A stretch of DNA of 21,072 nucleotides from an archaeon (GTDB lineage: Archaea > Iainarchaeota > Iainarchaeia > Iainarchaeales > 1-14-0-10-31-34), in contig JBDRFE010000075.1 of the NCBI GenBank assembly GCA_043819075.1, positions 1 to 21,072 of the forward strand, given 5' to 3'. The notes under the pieces were generated by a model. That model ran no database searches. It was not told the origin of the DNA and saw only the letters and a program-made list of their open reading frames with translations. The position numbers and the translations under genes were made by a program. This document shows positions 1-9,359 of this stretch, piece by piece; position 1 is the first letter of the stretch; every line of letters begins with the position of its first letter.

Positions 1-1
1 A

Positions 2-2095
2 CAAACTTGTACTAACACTTGGAGTGTTATTCCAACAGGAACAATAGGAAACACTTACGCTTTTTTCGTAACATACACTCCAGCGAATACTGCGATTTCA
101 CCACAAAACACTTCAACAGTTAATCTAACAATTGACAGACAGACAGGCTGCACTAACGGAACAACAAGAAACTGCACTACAACAGCAAACTGCGCAGGAA
201 CACAAACTTGTGTGAGTAATTCTTGGGGAACATGCAATGACACAGCAGGAGATAATTGCCCTTGCGTTGAAAACTGGAGCTGTACTTCCTGGAGTGCCTG
301 TGTGAATGGAACTCAGACTAGAACCTGTACTGATAATAGTTCTTGCGGAACAACAAACAACAAGCCGTTTGAAAGCCAGTCTTGTACTGAATGTACTTCT
401 GGTGCAACAAGAAACTGTATTACTTCACAAGCTTGCAGTGGAACACAAACCTGTGTAAGCGGTATGTGGAGTTTAACTTGTGTTGATAATCCAAACGACA
501 ATTGCCCTCCATTAACTTGTGCTGAAGGACAAATAACTTCTTTATGCGAATGCGGTGGAAGCACTTACTCAACAGGATACTGTTGTGCTGGAACATACAG
601 AACAACTCCTTGCCCCACAGACTGTTCAGAAGGACAAATAACAACTCAATGCTATTGTGATGGAACATTATTTTCTACAGGTTATTGCTGCTCTGACTCA
701 CACCAAACAACCCAATGCAGTTGCACTGAAAACTGGGTGTGCGGAACATGGAGTTCCTGCTTAAACGGAAGCCAGAGCAGAACATGCAATGACACAAACA
801 GTTGCGGAACAATCTTAAACCGGCCTTCTTTAACCCAATCATGCGGCGAATGCACTAACAACACAACTCAAGGCTGTACAACTAATGCAGGCTGCAGTGG
901 AACACAATTATGCTCAAACAATACATGGGGTTCCTGTACAGACACTCCAGGAGACAGTTGTCCAGCCTGCACACAAGGACAGATTTCATCTGAATGCTAT
1001 TGTGATGGCTCCACAAGAACAACAGGCTACTGCTGTTCAGAAACATACCAGGCAACTCAATGTGTTTGCACTGAATCATGGACTTGCAGTGGATGGAGTT
1101 CATGCTCAAACGGAACACAAACAAGAACTTGCACTGACTCAAGCTCATGCGAAACAACAGAAAACATACCATCACTAACACAGGCATGCGGTGACTGTAC
1201 AACAGGAAACACTCAATCATGCACAACCTCACTAGGCTGTTCAGGAACACAATCATGTGTAAACGCTTCATGGGGCTCATGCATTGACATAGCAGGAGAC
1301 AACTGCCCAACAACAATAGGGCCAATAACACTAAAAGAATTAACTATAATGATTGACCCAGCAAAAGTATTAGACGGAGAAAGATTAACAGTAACAGTTT
1401 TAAATGAAAACGGAAGCATTCTACAAAACGCCAGAGTAAGCTATTCAACCAAAACATATTACACTAACGCCCAAGGAAAAGTTACTTTAGAGGCGAAAAA
1501 AGATTACCTTAAATTAAGTGTTTCAGCAGCAGACTACAGAAGACAAACAATAGACTTAGATATAATCACTGTTTCATGCGGAAACAAAAAATGCGAAACA
1601 CCTTACGAGACTTTAACAAGCTGTCCCACAGACTGCGAAACAACAGCAGAGGAACTCATAATAACAACCACAATTGATGGCAGCACTTTAATAGTCAAAG
1701 TCACTGACTCAAAACAAAATCCAATAGACAACGCTGAAGTAACTTATGGAAAGCAAACAAAATACACTAATTCAGCAGGAACAACAACCTTCAAGGAATT
1801 GCAAAGCATAAATGATATTATTGTAAGCAAAGAAGATTTTGAACCAAAAACAATCAGCTATGTTGCTTCTGCTTTTGTCTGCGTAAACGACATGCTAAGA
1901 GTATGTGAAACAGAAGAAAAGTGTTCTGGAACACAAACCTGTTCAAACAATGCATGGGGTTTATGTGAAGACATTGAAAACGACTCATGCCCAGTGATTT
2001 CAAATGACACAGCAAACTCAATCACAACCACAGTACTCGCAGTAATCCTTGTAATAGGAATAATCATTTTAGTAATAACAAAAATGACAATATAA
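2..2095 (+). CDS. Large Cys-rich repeat cell-surface protein with C-terminal membrane anchor (5'-truncated by window)
   Basis: The frame of ORF 212..2095 is open back to position 2. It has three recurring Cys modules: CxExWxCxxWSxCxNGxQxRTCxDxxSC (TSP1-like), CTTxxxCSGTQxCxxxxWGxCxDxxGDxCP and CxEGQIxxxCxCxGxxxSTGYCC. Two beta-rich Ig-like segments follow, then the C-terminal TM VLAVILVIGIIILVI. Confidence 0.85.
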   Translation, partial: QTCTNTWSVIPTGTIGNTYAFFVTYTPANTAISPQNTSTVNLTIDRQTGCTNGTTRNCTTTANCAGTQTCVSNSWGTCNDTAGDNCPCVENWSCTSWSACVNGTQTRTCTDNSSCGTTNNKPFESQSCTECTSGATRNCITSQACSGTQTCVSGMWSLTCVDNPNDNCPPLTCAEGQITSLCECGGSTYSTGYCCAGTYRTTPCPTDCSEGQITTQCYCDGTLFSTGYCCSDSHQTTQCSCTENWVCGTWSSCLNGSQSRTCNDTNSCGTILNRPSLTQSCGECTNNTTQGCTTNAGCSGTQLCSNNTWGSCTDTPGDSCPACTQGQISSECYCDGSTRTTGYCCSETYQATQCVCTESWTCSGWSSCSNGTQTRTCTDSSSCETTENIPSLTQACGDCTTGNTQSCTTSLGCSGTQSCVNASWGSCIDIAGDNCPTTIGPITLKELTIMIDPAKVLDGERLTVTVLNENGSILQNARVSYSTKTYYTNAQGKVTLEAKKDYLKLSVSAADYRRQTIDLDIITVSCGNKKCETPYETLTSCPTDCETTAEELIITTTIDGSTLIVKVTDSKQNPIDNAEVTYGKQTKYTNSAGTTTFKELQSINDIIVSKEDFEPKTISYVASAFVCVNDMLRVCETEEKCSGTQTCSNNAWGLCEDIENDSCPVISNDTANSITTTVLAVILVIGIIILVITKMTI

Positions 2096-2110
2096 AAAAA
2101 AGAAAACGAA

Positions 2111-2332
2111 TTAACTTAATTCGTCTTCTAATTGAGTTAAATCTTCTTCAGGCAAGTCAGCTAGTTCTTCTTCAAACAATGAATCAATTTCTTTGTCTTC
2201 AGCAGATAATGCTTGCCCTGAAAGCTGTTCTTCTGTGCTATTGTTTGTAATGTCTGCTGGTTTGGAAACACAGCCACTGAAAATAATTCCAAGCAATACA
2301 AGAATGCTTAAAATTAAAATACAGCTCTTCAT
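2111..2332 (-). CDS. Small acidic lipoprotein (73 aa)
   Basis: Start reassigned to ATG 2332 (GGGTGA RBS; ATGA overlap with the upstream stop). Signal peptide and lipobox MKSCILILSILVLLGIIFSG-C, with an acidic tail. Confidence 0.75.
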   Translation of the reverse strand: MKSCILILSILVLLGIIFSGCVSKPADITNNSTEEQLSGQALSAEDKEIDSLFEEELADLPEEDLTQLEDELS

Positions 2333-3558
2333 TGGTTCACCCTGTTGGTTGTGCTGGCTGCTTTTCTGACTCTTTCCTGAACTGCGGAAACTATTGCCTT
2401 GCATTTTTCTGTGTCCTTGAATCTGTCAAGCTTGCATAAAGCTGTTGCTGTAACCGCACACTTTGGGTCATCTGGATTTTTTTCGCAGAAGCCGATTCTT
2501 GTGGTTCCGCATAATTCTGCTGTCTGGTTGTATTCACAGAACTGTTTTATTATTGGAGCACAGTTTTCTGCTGAAGGGTTTTTCTTGCAGAAAGAAATTT
2601 CTGCTGCTTTGCATCTGGAATCCTTTTCGTGGGTTTTACAGTATTCTGCGAAAACATTCTGGCAGTTTGTGTCTTCAGGGTTTTCCTTACAGAATTCAAC
2701 TACTTCGCTTTCACAGTATTTTGTGTTAGGGAATTTTTCGCAGTAATCCTTCATTTCTTCCCTGCATCTTGCATCCCTCAGGTTTCCTGCACAATAGCTT
2801 CTGACTATTTCCTTGCATCTTGAGTCACCTGGATGGTCTTCGCAGTATCTTTCAACTTTTTCCCTGCATTCTTTTGGATTATCATTGCACAAGTATCCTG
2901 CGACAGACTTGCATGTTTCATCAAAAGGGTTTTCCTTGCAGTAATTTTTTGCTTTCTCTGCAATCTCTGATGCCTTGAACATTCTTTTTTGTGCAAGCAA
3001 ATAGAAATTGTATGGCTTTGAATTCAATGTCATTGTTCCTGCCCAGACATCAGCTGAAGGCTTTGCCACTTTAGTCAAAGAAAGGCTTCCGACAACTGTT
3101 CCGGTAAAATTGTTTGTATCAGTGTTTGTGTCAGCAAAAGAAACAATGTTTGCTGTTGCAGTGTCTCCGACAAGATTTAAATCAGTCAGCCTGTATTTTT
3201 CTTCATCTAGGTAAAGAATTCCTCTTCCAACAATATTTCTGTCAGGCAATGCAACTTTTCCGCCGACTACTTTAACAGTATAAAAGTCCATTGCGTCAGA
3301 CGGATTGGATGCAATTCCTGTTCCGGAAAAAAACAGTGTCCTGATAAAAGCTTTTTTTGGCGCATCATCTGCAGAAAGTGTTTCTTCATCTGATTCCTCT
3401 AATTCAATTCCTTCATCTGGCTCATTTGTGTCATCTAATTCATCTGCATCACCTGCTGTTTCATCAGAAGAAACAGTGTCATCTGTTTCAGCCATTACAA
3501 CTGAAGCCAGCAAAACTGATGCTAAAAAAACAATTAAAATTAAATTAAATCTGTTCAT
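2329..3558 (-). CDS. Secreted protein with acidic linker, beta-rich domain and about 11 Cys-pair repeats
   Basis: Signal peptide, D/E-rich linker and tandem [YF]C-x-x-NP-x-D-x-x-C repeats of about 16-17 aa. GGGTGA RBS. Confidence 0.8.
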   Translation of the reverse strand: MNRFNLILIVFLASVLLASVVMAETDDTVSSDETAGDADELDDTNEPDEGIELEESDEETLSADDAPKKAFIRTLFFSGTGIASNPSDAMDFYTVKVVGGKVALPDRNIVGRGILYLDEEKYRLTDLNLVGDTATANIVSFADTNTDTNNFTGTVVGSLSLTKVAKPSADVWAGTMTLNSKPYNFYLLAQKRMFKASEIAEKAKNYCKENPFDETCKSVAGYLCNDNPKECREKVERYCEDHPGDSRCKEIVRSYCAGNLRDARCREEMKDYCEKFPNTKYCESEVVEFCKENPEDTNCQNVFAEYCKTHEKDSRCKAAEISFCKKNPSAENCAPIIKQFCEYNQTAELCGTTRIGFCEKNPDDPKCAVTATALCKLDRFKDTEKCKAIVSAVQERVRKAASTTNRVNQ

Positions 3559-3635
3559 TAATTCACCCCTATTCCTTAATTAAAAAGGAACCAGTAAAAG
3601 TTTAGTGGATTTGTTTTTTTAAGGCTTTTGATTCC

Positions 3636-4559
3636 TTAAGGGTTTTCTTTAAAAAATTCAATTGTTTTGCTGATTGAAGCCTTAAAATCGGTTTCAGGCT
3701 TCCAGTGCAGTTTTTTCTTAATCTTAGATATATCAGCAGTTAACTTCCTTGGATCGCCTTTTCTCGGGGGAAGAAAATTTACTGCTGTTTTCTTTCCTGT
3801 CAAATCAAAAACCAAATCAATCACTTCTTTCACTGAACAGCTTTCCCCTGAACCGACATTAAATACTTCAAAGCCAATTTCATCTAATTTCTCTAATGCA
3901 AGAACATGGGCTTTAACCAGGTCTTCAACAAAAACAAAATCCCTTTGCTGTTTTCCTGAACCAAAAACATTAATTTTTTTTCCTTCTAAAACTGCTTTAA
4001 TGAAATTTGGAATTGCATGGGTTTCAGGTTCATGTAATTCTTTTGGCCCAAAAGCATTAAAGTACCTTAAAGAAATGCTCTTTAATCCAAAAGAATGAAA
4101 ATACAGTTCAAGGATTTTCTCTAACCCAAGCTTTGTTTCGCCGTAAGGGGAAATCGGATTTAATTCACTTGCTTCTGTTACAGGAATTTTTTTTGGCTCG
4201 CCGTAAACTGATGCACTGGAAGAAAAAATTAGTTTTTCAATGTTTTTTTTTCTCATTTCTTCAAGCAATACAACTGAATTAACTAAATTGTTTTTATAGT
4301 ATTTTAATGGGTTTTTAACTGATTCCTCTACAGAAGAAAACGCACCTAAATGAATTACTGCTTCAACTCCCTTCAAGGCTTTTTCCAGAAGTTTTTTGTC
4401 TCCAAAGCTTCCTTCAAAAAATTCTGCTTCAGGATTCAGCAATTCCTTAAATCCTGTTGAAAGATTGTCTACAACAGTTACATCAAAATTTTTTTTGATT
4501 AAATAGTCAACTGTATTGCTTCCAATGAATCCTGCCCCGCCTGTTACAAGAATTTTCAT
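3636..4559 (-). CDS. galE: UDP-glucose 4-epimerase (extended SDR)
   Basis: Motifs ILVTGGAGFIGS, FSSSASVYG, YGETK (YxxxK), LRYFN, RDFVFVEDL. Confidence 0.85.
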   Translation of the reverse strand: MKILVTGGAGFIGSNTVDYLIKKNFDVTVVDNLSTGFKELLNPEAEFFEGSFGDKKLLEKALKGVEAVIHLGAFSSVEESVKNPLKYYKNNLVNSVVLLEEMRKKNIEKLIFSSSASVYGEPKKIPVTEASELNPISPYGETKLGLEKILELYFHSFGLKSISLRYFNAFGPKELHEPETHAIPNFIKAVLEGKKINVFGSGKQQRDFVFVEDLVKAHVLALEKLDEIGFEVFNVGSGESCSVKEVIDLVFDLTGKKTAVNFLPPRKGDPRKLTADISKIKKKLHWKPETDFKASISKTIEFFKENP

Positions 4560-4653
4560 TTTATCAGATAAAAATAAGAATTAAAAGAATTAAAAAAGCG
4601 TTGTTAAGGATTAGAAAATAAAAAAAATAAAAATAAGAAAAAGAAAAGGAATT

Positions 4654-5376
4654 TTATAACTTTATTCCTTCCCATGGCACTTCTTCGTTGCTTCTTACTA
4701 CAATTCCGTTTTCTGTTATTTCAAACGGGTGCGGGGACATTGACTGGTTTGTGCCGCGCATTTTTCTTACAAAAATTGTCCTGTGCGGGGGGTGTAAGTA
4801 TAAAACCATTACGCCGTCTACAACAAATTCTTCCACTCCAAAAGCACTGATAGATCCCTTGTCTCCTTTTGTCTCTGAAGTCATTAAAGTAGTGCAGTCA
4901 AGTTTTTTTAATCCGTCAGAGAACTGGAACAAGGTTTTTCGCATTGCCGCAGAGCCTCGAATCCACATCGCCAAAGAGGTAGTTGAATCAACAACTAATC
5001 TTGTTGCACCGACTTTTTCAATGTACTCTGAAATAATGTTTAATTCTTCTAAGACTTCTTCTTCAATGTTTTCAGAGTCTTTTTCAGCCAAATTTAATTT
5101 GTATATCTTGAATAATTCTTTTTCCTGCAGTTTTTTTATGTCCCACCTGAAGTTTTCCATGTCCCAGGTAATGTTTTTCAGGTTTGTTTCTAAAGTGACA
5201 TATAATCCGGGTTCATTGTATTTTGTTGCACCATTATACAAAAATTGTGTTGCAAAAATTGTTTTTCCTGTTCCTGCTCCCCCGGAAACCAGAATTGACG
5301 CACCTTTTGGGATTCCGCCCTGGATTAATTCATCTAAGCCTTCAATGCCTGTTGGAACTCTTTTCAATTCAATCAC
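4654..5376 (-). CDS. RAD55/KaiC-like single-domain RecA-superfamily ATPase
   Basis: TGIEGLDELIQGG, Walker A GGAGTGKT, Walker B LVVDS, EEFVVDG and RKMRGT motifs. The true start may be the TTG three codons downstream. Confidence 0.9.
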   Translation of the reverse strand: MIELKRVPTGIEGLDELIQGGIPKGASILVSGGAGTGKTIFATQFLYNGATKYNEPGLYVTLETNLKNITWDMENFRWDIKKLQEKELFKIYKLNLAEKDSENIEEEVLEELNIISEYIEKVGATRLVVDSTTSLAMWIRGSAAMRKTLFQFSDGLKKLDCTTLMTSETKGDKGSISAFGVEEFVVDGVMVLYLHPPHRTIFVRKMRGTNQSMSPHPFEITENGIVVRSNEEVPWEGIKL

Positions 5377-5509
5377 CTTAAAAAAAACTATTTTCTTTGT
5401 AATAAATAGGCTTAAACTGTTAATAAACTTTCTGGTTTGTTTGCCTGCAGAAAAACAGTTTTTTTAATGAAAAGCATTAAATTAAATACTTCAACAGGTT
5501 ATTTTTAGT

Positions 5510-6208
5510 ATGCAGAATTCGGTTATGGTTAACGATGTTAACCTGGTGTCATTGATTGATGTTCCGGAATGGAAAAGCATTTTACTGGACTTGGTTAATT
5601 CAGAGAAAATGGATCCATGGGACATTGACATAATAGATTTATCGGAAAAATACCTGAAAAAAATTAATTCAATTGAAAGAACCGATTTAAGGGTTCCGGC
5701 TAATGCAATCCTTGCTTCAGCGATTTTATTGAGGGCAAAATCAAGGCTGTTAAAAATTTCTTCTTTAGAGGAAGAAGAGAAAAGCACAACAGACAAAATC
5801 ATTGAAGAATTCATTCCAGAATTAAAGGATGCAAGGACTTTAAGGGAAGGAAAAATTTCTCTGGATGAATTAGTTGATGCAATACAAAATATTGTGGAGC
5901 AGACAAAAAGCAGGAAATCAAGGCTAAGGGAACTGCCTGAACTCAAATTCCAGGTGCCGATGACAAAAGAAAACATCAGCGAAAAAATGAAAAAAGTTTT
6001 TGAAAGAATAAAACAGAAAGCCGACTCGCAGGGAATGCTGTTGTTTTCTGCTTTAATAGACGGAAACAATTCAGAGCACCTGATTGACATTTTTATTCCC
6101 CTGCTGTTCTTAAACAATGAAAACAAAATCAATTTATGGCAGGAAGAATGGCTAGGAGAAATATTTATTTCTTTATCCGAAAATAATGCTGAAAAAACCA
6201 AGGTTTAA
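5510..6208 (+). CDS. scpA: Segregation/condensation protein A (kleisin)
   Basis: MDPWDIDI, ASAILLRAKS and C-terminal FIPLLFL...I.L.QEE..GEI match archaeal ScpA. scpB lies downstream. Confidence 0.88.
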   Translation: MQNSVMVNDVNLVSLIDVPEWKSILLDLVNSEKMDPWDIDIIDLSEKYLKKINSIERTDLRVPANAILASAILLRAKSRLLKISSLEEEEKSTTDKIIEEFIPELKDARTLREGKISLDELVDAIQNIVEQTKSRKSRLRELPELKFQVPMTKENISEKMKKVFERIKQKADSQGMLLFSALIDGNNSEHLIDIFIPLLFLNNENKINLWQEEWLGEIFISLSENNAEKTKV

Positions 6209-6234
6209 AAAGCTTTTTTAACAATTGTTAATTT

Positions 6235-6558
6235 ATGGCTGCAAGATTTCCCTGCGAGATAATAGGCTGGACTATCCTGCCTTCAATCAGAAGGGAATTA
6301 ACCCTCTACTTAATAAAAGAAAAAAAAATGCAGAGAAAAAAAGTATGCGAAATGCTTGACTTGACTCCTGCTGCTTTAAGCCAGTATGTTAAAGGAAAAA
6401 GAGGGAAAGGAATAAAATTAACAAAAGAAGAAAAAAAGAAAATACACGAAATGGGAGACTATTTAACTGCAAGAAAACAAAACAAAAAAAACTTTGTTTC
6501 GCAGTCATGTGAAATATGCAAAGTCATGCGAAAAAAAAAGAGCGGATGCTGTGAATAA
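6235..6558 (+). CDS. Archaeal HTH transcriptional regulator with Cys-rich ends
   Basis: PCE...LPSIRREL...LTPAALSQYVKGKRG, typical of a conserved archaeal HTH family. C-terminal CEIC and CC. Overlaps the iscS start. Confidence 0.8.
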   Translation: MAARFPCEIIGWTILPSIRRELTLYLIKEKKMQRKKVCEMLDLTPAALSQYVKGKRGKGIKLTKEEKKKIHEMGDYLTARKQNKKNFVSQSCEICKVMRKKKSGCCE

Positions 6559-7699
6559 AAAAATTTATTTAGACAATGCTGCAACAACACAATTAGATGA
6601 AAAAGTTCTGGAAGAAATGAACAGGGTTTTTCTTGAAAACTACGGGAATGCTTCCTCGCTTCATTCTTTTGGCCAGAAAGCTTTAGAGGAAACAGAAAAA
6701 GCAAGGGAAAAAGTTGCTAAAATTCTTGGAGCAAAGCCAAAAGAAATTTATTTTACAAGCGGAGGCACTGAATCAAACAACACTGCAGTAAAAGGAGCAA
6801 TGAATTTTTCCGCAAAAAATAAACTGATTGTTTCAAGAATAGAGCATCCTTCAGTTTTAAGGACAGCAGAATTCCTGAAAGAAAAAGGAAAAAATGTTTT
6901 CTTTGCCCCGGTAGATGAAAAAGGATTAATCAAATTAGATGAACTTGAAAAAGAAATAGACAAAGAAACTGCTTTGGTTTCAGTAATGCAATCAAACAAC
7001 GAAATAGGAACAATAGAACCAGTGAAAGAAATAGCTGAACTCTGTGAAGGAAAAACCTTGTTTCATTCAGATATAGTGCAGTCAGCAGGAAAACTGAAAA
7101 TTGAATTAAATAAAATGAATCTTGATTTGGCTTCAGTTTCAGGACACAAGTTTTACGGACCAAAAGGAACAGGAGTTTTATACATAAGAGAAGGCGTGAA
7201 AATAGAGCCATTAATCCACGGAGGAGGACAAGAAAAAAAATTAAGAAGCGGGACAGAAAATATTTCCGGAATTGTTGGAATGGCTAAAGCACTGGAATTA
7301 GCAGAAGAAAACAGGGAAAACGAAATGAAAAGGCAGGAAAAATTAAGGGACAAAATAATCAGTTCTTTAAGCTCAATAGAAAAATCCAAATTAAACGGGC
7401 ATGAAACAAAAAGGCTTCCAAACAACATTAATTTTTCTTTTTATGGAGTTGAAGGAGAAGCATTGATTACATTGCTTGACTTTGAAGGAATTGAAGCATC
7501 AACTGGCTCGGCCTGTTCAAGCAAAAGCCTGAAAATAAGCCATGTGTTAAAGGCAATCGGATTAGATCACGTCTGGGCCCACGGCTCGCTTAGATTGACT
7601 TTAGGAAAAAACAATTCAGGAAAAGAAATTGATTTTGCATTAGAAAAAATCCCTAAAGTTGTAGGACAGCTGAGAAAAGTCAGTGCGGTTAAAGTTTAG
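6551..7699 (+). CDS. iscS: Cysteine desulfurase (group I, IscS/NifS)
   Basis: IYLDNAATT, FTSGGTESNN, SGHKFYGPKG (PLP Lys), RSGTEN and STGSACSS (catalytic Cys). Start reassigned to the in-frame GTG at 6551. Confidence 0.93.
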   Translation: MNKKIYLDNAATTQLDEKVLEEMNRVFLENYGNASSLHSFGQKALEETEKAREKVAKILGAKPKEIYFTSGGTESNNTAVKGAMNFSAKNKLIVSRIEHPSVLRTAEFLKEKGKNVFFAPVDEKGLIKLDELEKEIDKETALVSVMQSNNEIGTIEPVKEIAELCEGKTLFHSDIVQSAGKLKIELNKMNLDLASVSGHKFYGPKGTGVLYIREGVKIEPLIHGGGQEKKLRSGTENISGIVGMAKALELAEENRENEMKRQEKLRDKIISSLSSIEKSKLNGHETKRLPNNINFSFYGVEGEALITLLDFEGIEASTGSACSSKSLKISHVLKAIGLDHVWAHGSLRLTLGKNNSGKEIDFALEKIPKVVGQLRKVSAVKV

Positions 7700-7707
7700 G
7701 TGAAAAA

Positions 7708-9216
7708 ATGTATTCAGAAAAAGTAATGAAAGAATTCAAGAACCCGAAGAATTTAGGGAAAATAGATAACCCAGATGCAGTAAGCGAAGTAGGAAACCCA
7801 GTCTGTTTAACTCCTGAAACAAAAATTGACACAACAAAAGGATTAACAGAAATCAAAGAAATCGAAAAAAATGATTTTGTTTTGAACCATAAAGGCAAAT
7901 ATTCTAATGTTTCAAAAAAATTCCAAAGGGAATATAAAGGAAAAATTGTTAAAATAAAAAGCAAATTAGGCATAAATTTTGTTACTCCAGAACACCAAAT
8001 TTTTGCGATAAAAATTCCAAAAAATTATCGTTTCTTTCTTCATAAAAACAAGAAAAAACTTTTTCCTGATTGGTTTCATGCAGAAGAACTTGAAAAGGGA
8101 GATATAATTACTTATCCTATACTAAAAGAAATAAAAGATAAAAAATACATTAGTTTCAAACAAGAAAGAAAAAAATGGGATTTTAGAAGTCAAAAAATTC
8201 CAAATAAAATTAATGTAAATAATGATTTCTTAAAATTTGCGGGGTATTATCTTTCTGAAGGAAATATCAAAGAGAAAGTTGGTAAAACATATTTGGGATT
8301 AACCTTTGGTTCAAAAGAAGATTTTTTAGCTGAAGATTCTATCAAAATTGTTAAAAAAAGTTTTGGGATAAAAGCCAAAAAAAAGAAAAGAGAAAAACGC
8401 AACACAATAGTAGTAGAAGTAAACAATGTTTGGTTAACAAGATTATTCCTAAAACTGTTTAACAAAGGCGCAAAAAACAAAAAAATACCTTTTGAATTCA
8501 TGATTCTGCCTCCAAAAAAACAAAAAAGTCTTATTTATGGGTTGTGGATGGGTGACGGGTATTTTAATACAGAAAGGCCTAGAGCAGGATATTCAACTAT
8601 TTCTTATGAATTATGCCACCAAATTAAAACACTTTTATTAAGACAAAGAATAGTCCCTTCTATTTATACTGAAAAAGAAAAAACTGTCAAAGGAGTTAAC
8701 CACCAAAAATCCTATAGAATACATATTGGAGAGAGAAAGTCTCTGAAAATATTAGCTAAAATTCTTAGAATACCATTTAAACCAAAAAAAACAACTATTA
8801 CTGATTCCTGGTTTAAATCAAACTATCTTTGTGTTCCAATAACTGCTGTAAATAAAGTAGACTATAAAGGCAAAGTATACAATCTAGAAATTAAAAGTAA
8901 ACATTCATTCACTACTGAATCATTAAGTGTTCATAACTGCGGGGACATGCTGAAAGTTTACTTAAAAATAAAAGACAACAAAATAGAAGACATTAAAGTG
9001 GAAACATTCGGCTGTGTAAGCGCAATTGCCACTTCTTCAAAGGCAACTGAAATGGTTAAAGGAAAAAGCATTGAAGAAGCATTGAAATTAACTGAAAAGC
9101 AAGTGGCAGACGCATTAGATGGTCTGCCTCCAATTAAAATGCATTGCTCTGTTTTAGCTGTGCAGGCAATAAAAAAAGCCATTGAAGACTACAAAAACAA
9201 GCAAAAAAAATCTTGA
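7708..9216 (+). CDS. iscU: Fe-S scaffold IscU/NifU-N (124-aa extein) interrupted by an intein
   Basis: The spliced product reads GNPV-CGDMLK...TFGCVSAIA...LPPIKMHCS, giving the three Cys ligands and the LPPxK motif. Follows iscS, with a GGTGA RBS. Confidence 0.92.
   Translation: MYSEKVMKEFKNPKNLGKIDNPDAVSEVGNPVCLTPETKIDTTKGLTEIKEIEKNDFVLNHKGKYSNVSKKFQREYKGKIVKIKSKLGINFVTPEHQIFAIKIPKNYRFFLHKNKKKLFPDWFHAEELEKGDIITYPILKEIKDKKYISFKQERKKWDFRSQKIPNKINVNNDFLKFAGYYLSEGNIKEKVGKTYLGLTFGSKEDFLAEDSIKIVKKSFGIKAKKKKREKRNTIVVEVNNVWLTRLFLKLFNKGAKNKKIPFEFMILPPKKQKSLIYGLWMGDGYFNTERPRAGYSTISYELCHQIKTLLLRQRIVPSIYTEKEKTVKGVNHQKSYRIHIGERKSLKILAKILRIPFKPKKTTITDSWFKSNYLCVPITAVNKVDYKGKVYNLEIKSKHSFTTESLSVHNCGDMLKVYLKIKDNKIEDIKVETFGCVSAIATSSKATEMVKGKSIEEALKLTEKQVADALDGLPPIKMHCSVLAVQAIKKAIEDYKNKQKKS
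7804..8937 (+). mobile_element. Intein with LAGLIDADG homing endonuclease (378 aa) in iscU
   Basis: Block A CLTPETKI, block B VTPEH, endonuclease motifs FAGYYLSEG and LIYGLWMGDG, block F VYNLEI, and C-terminal VHN followed by +1 Cys. Confidence 0.92.
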
Positions 9217-9359
9217 ATTAAATACTTTTCGCAGCTAATTCTTTCAGGCAAAAAAAACATGAACAATGACGGCAAAAAAGAATAATAACCACTTTTGCCT
9301 GCATTTGTCTCGGACTGCAATTAAATATTTTTCGGAAAATAATGTGTTTGGCTGGTTAA

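Noticed and set aside
4654..5376. Circadian KaiC
   Set aside because: Single-domain protein with no kaiA/kaiB; a common archaeal RAD55/KaiC-like ATPase.
6494..6550. ORF-track N-terminal extensions of iscS (also 2333-2404, 12699-12740, 15733-15786)
   Set aside because: They overlap neighbouring genes or promoters; downstream starts fit the family N-termini or RBS better.
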